Shown here in pieces: positions 11,874 to 24,424 of a stretch of 64,000 nucleotides of DNA. The first letter of the stretch is position 1. Every line of letters starts with the position of its first letter. This DNA comes from Malacoraja senta (Eukaryota). The position numbers and the translations under genes are program-made. The notes under the pieces are model-generated. The model searched no databases. It was not told the DNA's origin and worked only from the letters and a program-made list of their open reading frames with translations. The stretch spans positions 1 to 64,000 of the forward strand of contig JAXLNO010002915.1 in the NCBI GenBank assembly GCA_038087875.1, read 5' to 3'.

Positions 11874-11944
11874 CAAGAAAGGAAGGAATTGAACCCCCAT
11901 AAGTTGGTTTCAAGCCAACCACATCACCACTCTGTCACTTTCTT
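11874..11944 (-). tRNA. trnS2: tRNA-Ser(UCN)
   Basis: Minus strand GTTGG-CTTGAAA-CCAAC (TGA). Confidence 0.92.
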
Positions 11945-12013
11945 GAGACTCTAGTAAAACAATTACATCACCTTGTCAAGGTAAAATTGTGGGTTGAACT
12001 CCCACGAATCTTA
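11945..12013 (+). tRNA. trnD: tRNA-Asp
   Basis: Loop TTGTCAA (GTC). Confidence 0.91.
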
Positions 12014-12018
12014 AACCA

Positions 12019-12709
12019 ATGGCACACCCATCACAATTAGGATTTCAAGACGCAGCCTCCCCAATTATAGAAGAACTTCTCCATTTCCATGACCACACAT
12101 TAATAATTGTTTTTCTTATTAGTACACTAGTTCTCTATATTATTGTTGCAATAGTAACTACTAAACTGACTAATAAGTATATCTTGGACTCACAAGAAAT
12201 TGAAATTGTATGAACCATTCTACCCGCTATTATCCTCATTATAATTGCACTGCCCTCATTACGAATCTTGTATCTAATAGACGAGATTAATGACCCGCAT
12301 ATTACAATTAAAGCATTAGGTCATCAATGATATTGAAGTTATGAATATACAGATTATGAAAACTTAGAATTTGATTCATATATAATCCAAACTGAAGACT
12401 TAAACCCCGGACAATTTCGACTCCTAGAAACAGATCACCGTATGGTTGTTCCAATAGAATCCCCAATTCGAGTTCTAGTCACCGCAGAAGATGTCCTACA
12501 CTCTTGAACGGTCCCAGCACTCGGAGTAAAAATAGATGCAGTCCCCGGACGCCTTAACCAAGTCGCCTTTATCATCTCCCGTCCCGGTGTCTATTATGGA
12601 CAGTGTTCAGAAATTTGTGGTGCTAACCACAGCTTTATACCAATTGTTGTTGAAGCAGTGCCCTTAGAACACTTTGAGAATTGATCTTCATTAATACTAG
12701 AAGAAGTTT
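12019..12709 (+). CDS. COX2: Cytochrome c oxidase subunit II (230 aa, incomplete T stop)
   Basis: [15 protein letters not shown]; CuA motif [12 protein letters not shown]; T abuts trnK. Confidence 0.97.
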
Positions 12710-12782
12710 CATTAAGAAGCTAACAGGGTCCAGCATTAGCCTTTTAAGCTAAATATTGGTGATTCCCAACCACCCTTAATGA
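12710..12782 (+). tRNA. trnK: tRNA-Lys
   Basis: TTAGC-CTTTTAA-GCTAA (TTT). Confidence 0.92.
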
Positions 12783-12783
12783 C

Positions 12784-12951
12784 ATGCCTCAACTCAATCT
12801 TAATCCATGATTCTTAATCTTTCTATTTTCCTGATTGTTTTTCCTGATTGTCTTACCACACAAACTGACATCTTACCTATTTAATTATGCCCCTACCCCA
12901 AAAAATACTGAGAAACAAAAACCAGAACCCTGAAACTGACCATGATCCTAA
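12784..12951 (+). CDS. ATP8: ATP synthase F0 subunit 8 (55 aa)
   Basis: MPQLNLNPW...PWNWPWS-TAA; 10-nt overlap with ATP6. Confidence 0.95.
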
Positions 12952-13625
12952 ACTTCTTTGACCAATTTCTAAGCCCTTCACTTATAGGTTTACCCCTAAT
13001 TGCCCTAGCAATCGTTATACCAGCACTAATTTTCCAAACCCCCTCCAATCGATGACTTAACAATCGCCTAATTACCCTACAAACATGGTTCATTAACCGA
13101 TTTACGCACCAACTCCTACAACCACTTAACCTCGGAGGTCACAAATGAGCCATTATTCTTACAGCACTTATACTTTTCTTAATTACTATTAATCTATTAG
13201 GACTTCTTCCTTATACATTTACACCAACAACACAGCTCTCATTAAATATGGCCTTTGCCCTCCCCCTATGACTAACAACAGTTTTAATTGGTATACTAAA
13301 TCAACCCACTATTGCTCTAGGTCACCTCCTCCCAGAAGGTACCCCCACCCCTTTAATCCCAGTTCTTATCATTATCGAAACTATTAGTCTATTTATTCGC
13401 CCCCTTGCCTTAGGAGTCCGACTTACAGCCAACCTTACAGCAGGACACCTACTAATACAACTAATTGCAACAGCAGCCTTTGTATTAATTTCTACTATAC
13501 CGGCAGTAGCACTCTTAACTTCTATTGTATTATTCCTCCTCACCCTTTTAGAGGTCGCCGTAGCCATAATCCAAGCCTATGTATTTGTCTTACTCCTAAG
13601 CCTATATTTACAAGAAAACGTCTAA
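12942..13625 (+). CDS. ATP6: ATP synthase F0 subunit 6 (227 aa)
   Basis: ATG 12942; [17 protein letters not shown]; TAA 13623-13625. Confidence 0.96.
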
Positions 13626-13627
13626 TA

Positions 13628-14413
13628 ATGGCCCACCAAGCACACGCATATCATATAGTTGACCCAAGCCCATGACCATTGACAGGAGCCATTGCTGCTC
13701 TCCTCATAACATCTGGCCTAGCCGTTTGATTCCATTTCCACACCATATCACTCCTTCTTCTAGGACTTATTCTCCTTGCTCTTACAGTTATTCAATGATG
13801 ACGAGATGTTATCCGGGAAGGGACATTTCAAGGTCATCACACCCCACCAGTACAAAAAGGTCTACGCTACGGAATAATTCTGTTTATTATATCAGAAGTA
13901 TTCTTTTTCCTTGGGTTTTTCTGAGCATTCTATCACTCAAGCCTAGCCCCCACCCCTGAATTAGGAGGCTGCTGACCCCCAACAGGAATTAACCCTTTAG
14001 ACCCTTTCGAAGTTCCACTACTTAATACTGCTGTACTCTTAGCTTCCGGAGTCACAGTTACCTGAGCCCACCACAGTATTATGGAAGGAAATCGAAAAGA
14101 AGCCATTCAAGCTCTCACACTCACAGTTGTTTTAGGTTTTTACTTTACAGCTCTTCAAGCAATAGAATACTATGAAGCCCCATTTACCATTGCCGACGGG
14201 GTTTACGGAACAACCTTCTTCGTAGCAACAGGCTTTCATGGTCTCCATGTTATTATTGGCTCAACATTTCTTACAGTATGTCTACTACGCCAAATCCTCT
14301 TTCACTTCACATCAGAACACCATTTTGGCTTTGAAGCCGCTGCATGATACTGACACTTTGTCGACGTAGTATGACTATTCCTCTATGTATCAATTTATTG
14401 ATGAGGCTCATAA
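13628..14413 (+). CDS. COX3: Cytochrome c oxidase subunit III (261 aa)
   Basis: [17 protein letters not shown]; [19 protein letters not shown]; TAA 14411-14413. Confidence 0.97.
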
Positions 14414-14414
14414 T

Positions 14415-14484
14415 ACTTTTCTAGTATAAACTAGTACAAATGACTTCCAATCATTCAATCTTGGTTCAACTCCAAGGAGAAGTA
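14415..14484 (+). tRNA. trnG: tRNA-Gly
   Basis: AATGA-CTTCCAA-TCATT (TCC). Confidence 0.92.
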
Positions 14485-14833
14485 ATGAACCTCATTACAT
14501 TATCTATCGCCATCCCCGCCCTCACTTCCCTAATCCTGGTATTCATCGCATTCTGACTGCCAGCTCTTAACCCAGATAGTGAAAAACTATCACCTTACGA
14601 ATGTGGATTTGATCCCCTAGGCTCTGCACGTCTCCCATTTTCCCTCCGATTCTTTCTAGTAGCGATCCTTTTCCTTCTATTTGACTTAGAAATTGCCTTA
14701 CTTCTCCCCTTACCATGAGGAGACCAACTCTGCTCCCCACTTATTACAGCCCTCTGAGCCTCTGTCATTATTATCTTACTCACCCTAGGCCTCGTCTATG
14801 AATGACTTCAAGGAGGCCTTGAATGAGCAGAAT
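14485..14833 (+). CDS. ND3: NADH dehydrogenase subunit 3 (116 aa, T stop; TAG if overlapping trnR)
   Basis: [25 protein letters not shown], ends GLEWAE. Confidence 0.95.
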
Positions 14834-14903
14834 AGGTGCTTAGTCCAAAAAAAGACCATTAATTTCGACTTAGTAGATTATGGTGAAAACCCATAAGTAC
14901 CTT
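14834..14903 (+). tRNA. trnR: tRNA-Arg
   Basis: Loop TTTCGAC (TCG). Confidence 0.91.
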
Positions 14904-15200
14904 ATGACTCCTATTTACTTCACAATTACCTCAGCATTTATTCTCGGCCTTACAGGATTAGCTTTTAACCGCTCCCATCTCTTATCTGCCCTTATCTGCC
15001 TTGAAGGGATAATACTCTCCTTATTCATTGCAATTGCTATTTGATCTATAACAATAAGCTCCCCCTCTTTATCCTTAGCACCTATAATTTTACTAACATT
15101 CTCAGCCTGTGAAGCAAGCTCTGGCCTAGCTCTTCTTGTAGCCGCCACACGCACCCACGGAACAGACCATCTTAATAACCTCAACCTTCTACAATGCTAA
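14904..15200 (+). CDS. ND4L: NADH dehydrogenase subunit 4L (98 aa)
   Basis: [30 protein letters not shown]; 7-nt overlap with ND4. Confidence 0.95.
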
Positions 15201-16574
15201 AAATTCTTATTCCTACTTTACTTTTATTCCCAATTTCATGAATTTCACCCAAAAAATGAATGTGAACTTCAACTATTTCTAACAGTCTCTTAATTGCCTC
15301 ATTCAGCCTAATCTGATTTAAATGAGACTTCGAGATAGGCTGAAACCACTCTAACCTTTTTTTTGGTGTCGACCCCCTTTCAGCCCCCCTACTTACACTC
15401 ACCTGCTGACTCCTTCCACTCATACTCCTCGCCAGCCTCAAACATTTAACCTCCGAACCCCATAAACGACAACAAATCTATATTTCCTTACTCATCACTC
15501 TACAAGCCCTCCTAATTATAGCATTTAGTGCAACAGAAATGATCCTATTTTATATTATATTTGAAGCAACACTTATCCCAACCCTTATTATTATTACACG
15601 ATGGGGAAACCAAACTGAACGCCTTAATGCCGGTATCTACTTTCTATTTTATACCCTTGCAGGCTCCTTACCCCTACTAATTGCCCTACTTGTCCTACAA
15701 AAAGACTTAGGTACTTTATCTATGCTCATCTTACAATACCCTAACATTACAAATCTTCACTCCTGAACTAACAAATTCTGATGAACTGCCTGCCTAATTG
15801 CCTTCTTAGTAAAAATACCCCTCTACGGAGTTCATCTCTGATTACCAAAAGCTCATGTAGAAGCCCCCATTGCCGGCTCCATAATTCTAGCTGCAGTTCT
15901 CCTTAAACTAGGAGGTTATGGTATAATACGAATTATTGTCATACTTAATCCGCTCACAAAAGAAATGGCCTATCCTTTCCTAATCCTAGCAATTTGAGGC
16001 GTTATCATAACTAGCTCCATTTGTCTACGACAAACAGATCTTAAATCCTTAATCGCCTACTCATCAGTCAGTCACATGGGCCTTGTAGCAGCCGCCATCC
16101 TAATTCAGACCCCATGAAGTTTCGCAGGTGCCACAACCCTTATAATTGCCCATGGATTAGTTTCATCAATACTCTTCTGCTTAGCTAATACTAACTATGA
16201 ACGTATCCATAGCCGAACGCTACTACTAGCCCGAGGGACCCAAATTATTTTACCCCTCATAGGTACAACATGATTTTTAGCTAACTTAGCTAACCTCGCC
16301 TTGCCCCCCAGCCCTAACCTCATAGGAGAACTACTTATCATTTCCTCATTATTTAAATGATCAAACTGGACTATCATCTTAACAGGCACCGGTGTTCTAC
16401 TAACAGCATCCTATTCATTATATATATTCTTAATAACACAACGGGGCCCTACACCTCAACACTTACTCTTCTTAACCCCCTCACACACACGAGAACATCT
16501 ACTAACATACCTTCACCTTATCCCCACAATTCTCCTCATTACCAAACCAGAACTCATCTTAGGATGAACATTTT
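15194..16574 (+). CDS. ND4: NADH dehydrogenase subunit 4 (460 aa, T stop); carries private T>C at 16506
   Basis: MLKILIPT; [13 protein letters not shown]; [16 protein letters not shown]. Confidence 0.96.
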
Positions 16575-16643
16575 GTGTTTATAGTTTAATTAAAACGTTA
16601 GATTGTGATTCTAAAAATAAAAGTTAAAATCTTTTTATTCACC
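16575..16643 (+). tRNA. trnH: tRNA-His
   Basis: TTAGA-TTGTGAT-TCTAA (GTG). Confidence 0.91.
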
Positions 16644-16710
16644 AAGAGAGGTACGGAACAAAAAGAACTGCTAATTCTTTTACCCATGGTTCAACTCCAC
16701 GGCTCACTTA
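16644..16710 (+). tRNA. trnS1: tRNA-Ser(AGY), D-arm reduced
   Basis: AAGAA-CTGCTAA-TTCTT (GCT). Confidence 0.9.
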
Positions 16711-16782
16711 GCTTTTGAAAGATAATAGTTATCTATTGGTCTTAGGAACCAAAAACTCTTGGTGCAACTCCAAGCAATAGTC
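16711..16782 (+). tRNA. trnL1: tRNA-Leu(CUN)
   Basis: Complete cloverleaf, anticodon TAG; spans unit 1/2 boundary. Confidence 0.92.
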
Positions 16783-18618
16783 ATGAACTCAATTATCTTT
16801 AACTCTTCATTCCTATTAATTTTCATCATTCTTCTTTACCCCTTAATAACATCTATTACTGCACCCCAAGAATCCACCAGCCCTAGCTGAGCATCCACTC
16901 ATGTTAAAACAGCCGTTAAACTCTCATTCTTTGTTAGCTTAATTCCCCTGTCCCTGTTCCTTGACCAAGGAGTAGAGTCTATCACCACCAATTGAAACTG
17001 AATTAACCTTGGGCCAATAAATATTAATATAAGCTTTAAATTTGACCTCTACTCCATCATCTTCACACCAGTAGCCCTCTACGTCACATGATCTATCCTA
17101 GAATTTGCACTCTGGTATATATATACAGACCCAAACTTTAATCGCTTCTTTAAATATCTCCTTCTTTTTCTTATAACAATAATTATCCTTATCACTGCCA
17201 ATAACTTATTTCAACTATTTATTGGCTGAGAGGGAGTAGGCATTATATCCTTTCTCCTAATCGGCTGATGATATAGCCGAGCAGACGCTAACACCGCAGC
17301 CCTACAAGCAGTGATTTATAACCGCATCGGGGATATTGGGCTCATCCTAAGTATAGCCTGACTAGCCATAAATCTTAATTCGTGAGAAACTCAACAAATA
17401 TTTATTCTATCTAAAAATATTGACTTAACTTTACCCTTGCTAGGCCTAGTACTAGCTGCTGCTGGGAAATCAGCACAATTTGGCCTCCATCCATGGCTGC
17501 CATCAGCCATGGAGGGGCCTACGCCAGTCTCCGCCCTACTTCATTCTAGCACAATAGTCGTAGCCGGTGTATTTCTCCTAATCCGGCTTCATCCCCTAAT
17601 CCAAGATAATCAGCTAATCTTATCAGCTTGCCTATGCTTGGGAGCATTAACAACCCTATTTACAGCTACCTGTGCCCTCACCCAAAACGATATCAAAAAG
17701 ATCGTAGCCTTCTCCACATCTAGTCAATTAGGCCTCATAATAGTGACAATCGGCCTAAATCAACCCCAATTAGCCTTCCTCCACATCTGTACACATGCCT
17801 TCTTTAAAGCCATACTCTTCCTTTGTTCCGGCTCTATTATTCACAGCCTAGACAATGAACAAGATATCCGAAAAATAGGTGGACTTCATAAACTTCTACC
17901 ATTTACTGCCTCATCCCTCACAGTTGGTAGTCTAGCCCTAACAGGCATACCCTTCCTATCTGGTTTCTTTTCAAAAGATGCCATCATCGAAGCCATGAAC
18001 ACATCTAACCTAAACGCCTGAGCCCTAACCTTGACCCTACTGGCCACCTCCTTCACTGCTATCTATAGCCTTCGACTTATTTTTTTCACATTAATAAATT
18101 CACCACGATTTACCCCCTTTATACCCATCAATGAGAATAACCCCATAGTGTTAAAACCCATTAAACGCCTAGCCTACGGAAGTATCCTAGCCGGTCTCCT
18201 TATTACTTCTAACATAACACCAACCAAAACACAGATTTTAACAATACCCCTCACCCTTAAACTATCCGCCCTCCTAGTAACAATTATTGGCCTCCTCTTG
18301 GCCCTAGAGCTTGCTAACCTCACTAAACATCAACTTAAAATCTCCCCAACCATGCCCACCCATAACTTCTCTAATATACTAGGCTACTTCCCACCAATTT
18401 TTCATCGCCTCTACCCAAAAATTAACCTTCATTGAGCTCAAACTATCTCCACCCATCTGATTGACTTAACATGAAATGAAAAAATGGGACCTAAAAATAA
18501 ACTCGTCCAACAAACATCCATAATTAAACTCCTTACATTACCACAACAAGGCTTTATTAAAATTTACCTCATAATCTTCTTCCTAACACTTACCCTCGCT
18601 ACCTTAATTATAATTTAA
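16783..18618 (+). CDS. ND5: ND5, copy 2
   Basis: Copy 1 +16723. Confidence 0.96.
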
Positions 18619-19133
18619 ACCACCCGCAATGTCCCTCAAGAAATACCGCGAGTTAACTCCAACACAACAAACAAAGCCAAAAGCAACATTCAACCACTTA
18701 ATATTAATAAATAACCTCCATAAGAGTATAATAAAGCCACACCACTAAAATCCCCACGGACCACCTCCAAACCATTAATTTCATCACCACCAAACCACCC
18801 TCACTCCCAACCCCCCACAAAATGTTTATTAACATACATTAAACCCCCAACATAAAATAGAACATAAATTAATACCGATCAATCTCCCCACGACTCAGGG
18901 TAAGGCTCCGCAACAAGTGCCGCAGTGTAAGCAAATACAACCAACATCCCCCCCAAATAAATTAAAAATAAAACTAAAGATAGAAAAGAACTTCCAGAAC
19001 TTACTAATAGACCACACCCCACGCCAGCAGAAATTACTAAACCGAGGGCAGCATAATAAGGGGAAGGATTTGAAGCCACTGCTACTAAACCTATAATAAA
19101 ACCCAACATTATAATAAATACTAAATAAATCAT
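18615..19133 (-). CDS. ND6: ND6, copy 2
   Basis: Copy 1 +16723. Confidence 0.95.
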
Positions 19134-19134
19134 A

Positions 19135-19203
19135 AATTCCTACTTAGATTTTAACTAAGACCGATAATCTGAAAAACTACCGTTGTTATTCAACTACAAG
19201 AAC
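19135..19203 (-). tRNA. trnE: tRNA-Glu, copy 2
   Basis: Copy 1 +16723. Confidence 0.9.
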
Positions 19204-19206
19204 CTA

Positions 19207-20349
19207 ATGACCATAAATATTCGAAAGACCCACCCATTATTTAAAATTATTAACAGCTCACTTATTGATCTTCCAACTCCAATTAACATCTCAATTTGAT
19301 GAAATTACGGCTCACTCCTAGGACTTTGTCTCATTATCCAAATCCTTACTGGCCTCTTTTTAGCTATACACTACACCCCAGACATCTCCTCTGCTTTCTC
19401 CTCAGTTATTCATATCTGTCGAGATGTAAATTACGGATGACTCATCCGCAATATTCACGCTAACGGAGCCTCACTCTTCTTTGTTTGTATTTATATTCAC
19501 ATCGCCCGAGGTTTCTACTACGGATCTTACCTTAATAAAGAAACATGAAACATTGGAGTCATCCTGTTATTTTTACTAATAGCCACAGCCTTTGTCGGCT
19601 ATGTACTACCCTGAGGACAAATATCATTTTGAGGGGCAACAGTCATTACAAACCTCTTATCAGCTTTCCCTTATGTCGGCAACATTTTAGTCGAATGGAT
19701 CTGAGGGGGCTTTTCAGTAGATAATGCTACCCTTACCCGATTCTTTGCCTTCCATTTCTTATTCCCATTTTTAATTACTGCACTCACCCTACTACACCTT
19801 CTATTCCTCCACGAAGCAGGCTCCAATAACCCTACTGGACTTAGCTCTAACACAGATAAAATTCCATTTCATCCCTATTTCTCCTATAAAGACCTTGTGG
19901 GTTTCTTCATTCTTGCCTTCCTATTAACCCTACTGGCTCTATTTGTACCCAACCTATTAAGCGACACAGAAAACTTCATCCCAGCGGACCCATTACTCAC
20001 ACCACCTCATATCAAACCAGAATGGTACTTTCTATTTGCCTACGCAATCCTCCGCTCCATCCCCAACAAACTTGGAGGCGTCCTTGCTCTACTATTTTCA
20101 ATCCTTATTCTTATATTGGTACCCATATTACATACATCCAAACAACGAAGTGCCACATTTCGACCAATCACCCAAACCTTATTCTGAACATTACTCACAA
20201 ACACTATTATCTTAACATGAATTGGGGGCCAACCAGTAGAACAACCATTCATTATTATCGGTCAGATTGCCTCAATCATCTACTTCTTCTTATTTCTCAT
20301 TCTACTTCCTCTTGCCGGCTGGTGAGAGAATAAGATTCTAAATCTTTAA
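19207..20349 (+). CDS. CYTB: Cytochrome b, copy 2
   Basis: Copy 1 +16723. Confidence 0.96.
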
Positions 20350-20352
20350 TAT

Positions 20353-20425
20353 GTTCTGGTGGCCTAAAAACTAAGGCATTGGTCTTGTAAACCAAAAATT
20401 GGAGGTGAAATGCCTCCCCAAAACA
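20353..20425 (+). tRNA. trnT: tRNA-Thr, copy 2
   Basis: Copy 1 +16723. Confidence 0.9.
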
Positions 20426-20433
20426 AACCATAT

Positions 20434-20502
20434 TCAGGAAAGAGAGGGTTGAACTCCCACCCTTGGCTCCCAAAGCCAAGATTCTGCTTAAACTGTCTCC
20501 TG
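20434..20502 (-). tRNA. trnP: tRNA-Pro, copy 2
   Basis: Copy 1 +16723. Confidence 0.9.
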
Positions 20503-21561
20503 AAATAGACCAGTATTTGCTGGTCGTCAATTTTGGCATAGTTAGTCAGATAGACATATATATTATTAGGTCCACATATATCTAATATGTACATAGTACA
20601 TTACTATGTATAATACTCATTAACCGACTGTCCACTATTTCATTATATTATATGTATAATACTCATTAGTAAATGTCCAACTATTACATTATATATAATT
20701 TTTAACCCCCACTTTTATGATATTCACCAGAATCATTACTAATTATCCACTCAGTTACCTCATTCTTCTCTTAATCGTTAAACTGTGGCATACGTTCTTA
20801 AATAAGTAATATATTAATATTAGTTAATTGTTAGGGCTGGCGAGAACCGACCAATACCCTAATATATCCCCCTTTGCACGGTTTGTGGTATCGATCTTGA
20901 TTTATTCCCCAGAACTTGTTCAAATGCCCACATTAGGCACCCTTTTACAGGCTAACGTCTCTTAATCGCGTCAGTCTTATACTTCCTCTAGTTCCCTCGG
21001 TTGTCATTCTACTCTTAATCGTCTCAAGATTTCCAGTCCTCCCAGTTTTTTTAGGGGGATGAGACAATCACTAACCCTCCAGACTTCTCTGTCGGGTTGC
21101 GGCCGGAACACACAGTGAAATTGGTCCTATCCTCAACATAATATCACAAAAACCTCGCTACTTAAATCATTCGCTGGTCTTCTACTTGTCAAATTAGGCA
21201 GTACTCACAAACTAAGGCCCATTAAGTAATTTAACTCTCATCCATAGATATGAAAAATTGAATATAAATTTAATAAAGACATTTTATTAAACCTCATACT
21301 ATTAAGAATAAATATTTGATTAATGGGAAAAACTAAAAACTCATAACCACAAAGATCTATATATAGGCATAAACTATATTATATAGGTCCCCCCGGGTCG
21401 GGAAAAAAAAAAAAGGCCAATAACATTTTTTTGGGAAAAACCCCCCTCCCCCTTAATATACACAGCTATCTCGAAAAACCCCTAAAACGAGGGCTAATGT
21501 ATATTTATTTCTGCATTGACATGTGGTAAATTTCGTCATATACAGTGTGACACTATGCCAT
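20503..21561. promoter_or_regulatory. Control region, copy 2
   Basis: Copy 1 +16723. Confidence 0.94.
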
Positions 21562-21630
21562 GCTAGTGTAGCTTAATGCAAAGCATAGCACTGAAAATGC
21601 TAATATAAAGTTTAAAACCTTTCACAAGCA
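21562..21630 (+). tRNA. trnF: tRNA-Phe, copy 2
   Basis: Copy 1 +16723. Confidence 0.9.
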
Positions 21631-22597
21631 CTGAAGGTTTGGTCCTGGCCTCAGTATTAATTTCAACTAAATTTACACATGCAAGTTTCAACACTCCAGT
21701 GAGAACGCCCTAATCAAGCCCTTATTTGTTTAGGAGCTGGTATCAGGCATATACAGTGTGTATAACCCATGACACCTCGCTTAGCCACGCCCCCAAGGGA
21801 ATTCAGCAGTGATAGACATTGAATAATAAGCGCAAGCTTGAATCAGTTAAAGTTAAAAGAGTTGGTTAATCTCGTGCCAGCCACCGCGGTTATACGAGTA
21901 ACTCACATTAATACTTCACGGCGTAAAGGGTGATTAAAAGTTTCTAAAAAGTACTAAAGTTATAACCTTATAAAGCTGTCATACGCACCTATAAAAGGAA
22001 TAATACATTCACGAAAGTAACTCTAACCAAATAGAGCTTTTGACCTCACGACAGTTAAGACACAAACTAGGATTAGATACCCTACTATGCTTAACCATAA
22101 ATAGACCTTTACCACTACTTACTTTGTTTAAGTCCGCCTGAGAACTACAAGCGCTAGCTTAAAACCCAAAGGACTTGGCGGTGCCTCAGACCCCCCTAGA
22201 GGAGCCTGTTCTATAACCGATAATCCACGTTAAACCTTACCACTTCTTGCTTCTACCGCCTATATACCGCCGTCGTCAGCTCACCCCATGAGGGCACAAA
22301 AGTAAGCACAATGGACTTCCTCCAAAACGTCAGGTCGAGGTGTAGCGAATGAAGTGGAAAGAAATGGGCTACATTTTCTTTCAAGAAAACACGGACAGTA
22401 GAATGAAAAATCACTTATAAGGTGGATTTAGCAGTAAGAAAAACTTAGGATATTTTTCTGAAACCGGCTCTGAGGCGCGCACACACCGCCCGTCACTCTC
22501 CTCGACCTATCCCACTCCATTTTATAAATAACTTTATTATTCAAGAGGAGGCAAGTCGTAACATGGTAAGTGTACTGGAAAGTGCACTTGGAATAAT
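21631..22597 (+). rRNA. rrnS: 12S rRNA, copy 2
   Basis: Copy 1 +16723. Confidence 0.95.
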
Positions 22598-22669
22598 CAA
22601 AATATAGCTAAATTAGTAAAGCACCTCCCTTACACCGAGGAAATACCCGTGCAACTCGAGTTATCTTGA
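22598..22669 (+). tRNA. trnV: tRNA-Val, copy 2
   Basis: Copy 1 +16723. Confidence 0.9.
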
Positions 22670-24349
22670 ACCTTAAAACTAGCCTAACCACCATTAATTA
22701 GCCTCAATATTACTAATAAACTATTTTAATATTTTGTACTTAAAACATTTTCACATTCCTAGTATAGGTGATAGAACAGAAATACTTAGCGCTATAGAGA
22801 AAGTACCGTAAGGGAAAGCTGAAAAAGAACTGAAACAAATCATTAAAGTAATAAAAAGCAAAGATTCACCCCTGTACCTTTTGCATCATGATTTAGTAAG
22901 AACAAGTGGGCAAAAAGACTTTAAGTCCACCTTCCCGAAACTAGACGAGCTACTTCGGAGCAGCATACTAGAGCCAACCCGTCTCTGTGGCAAAAGAGTG
23001 GGAAGACTCCCGAGTAGAGGTGACAAGCCTACCGAGCCTAGTGATAGCTGGTTACCCAAAAAAAGAACTTAAATTCTGCAATAATTCTTCACCTCATCAA
23101 CCAAGATTATCCAAATAAGGTGACTTGTAAGAATTATTAGTTATTTAAAAGAGGTACAACTCTTTTGAATTAAGAAACAACTTTATTAGGAGGGTAATGA
23201 TCATATTATTAAAGGACCTCACCCCAGTAGGCCTAAAAGCAGCCATCTGATTAGCAAGCGTCATAGCTCCAGCCCTTAACCAACCAATAATTCCGATACA
23301 CACCTCCAAACCCCCTAACCAATATTGGGTTTTTTTATTCTTATTTAATAAAAGAACTGATACTAAAATGAGTAATTAGAGGACTAACCTCTCCAAAACA
23401 CCCGTGTAAGTCAGAAAGAATTCAATCACTGATTATTAACCGATACCAACCTGAGGTTATAATACTAATAATAATAAACTAGAAAAACACATTTATTAAA
23501 TCGTTAACCCTACACAGGAGTGTTCCCAGGAAAGATTAAAAGAAAATAAAGGAACTCGGCAAACACAAACTCCGCCTGTTTACCAAAAACATCGCCTCTT
23601 GCAAACTCTGTATAAGAGGTCCCGCCTGCCCTGTGACATTGTTTAACGGCCGCGGTATTATGACCGTGCGAAGGTAGCGTAATCACTTGTCTTTTAATTG
23701 AAGACCTGTATGAAAGGCATCACGAGAGTTTACCTGTCTCTATTTTCTAATCAATGAAATTGATTTCCCCGTGCAGAAGCGGGGATATAAACATAAGACG
23801 AGAAGACCCTATGGAGCTTTAAACACTTAAGTTATTATCTATTTAATAATTAATCTAAAGACTTAACCTACCATAATGATAGTCTAACTTAATGTTTTCG
23901 GTTGGGGCGACCAAGGAGTAAAATAAAACCTCCTTATCGATTGAGTATTTTTACTTAAAAATTAGAACGACAGTTCTGATTAATAGAATATCTAACGAAC
24001 AATGACCCAGGATTAAATCCTGATCAATGAACCAAGTTACCCTAGGGATAACAGCGCAATCCTTTCTAAGAGTCCATATCGCCGAAAGGGTTTACGACCT
24101 CGATGTTGGATCAGGACATCCTAATGGTGCAACCGCTATTAAGGGTTCGTTTGTTCAACGATTAATAGTCCTACGTGATCTGAGTTCAGACCGGAGTAAT
24201 CCAGGTCAGTTTCTATCTATGAAGATATTTCCCCTAGTACGAAAGGACCGGGAAAATGAAGCCCATGCCCCAGGCACGCTTCTCCCTCATCTGTTGAAAT
24301 TAACTCAAACAGTAAAGAGGGGTTAATCTCCTACTAAAGATTATAGTTC
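22670..24349 (+). rRNA. rrnL: 16S rRNA, copy 2
   Basis: Copy 1 +16723. Confidence 0.95.
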
Positions 24350-24424
24350 GTTAAGGTGGCAGAGCCTGGTAATTGCAAAAGACCTAAACTCTTTGATCCA
24401 GAGGTTCAACTCCTCTCCTTAACC
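24350..24424 (+). tRNA. trnL2: tRNA-Leu(UUR), copy 2
   Basis: Copy 1 +16723. Confidence 0.9.

Noticed and set aside
12710-12717. COX2 extended to an in-frame AGA
   Set aside because: This would overlap tRNA-Lys by 8 nt; an incomplete T stop at 12709 gives the canonical 691 bp.
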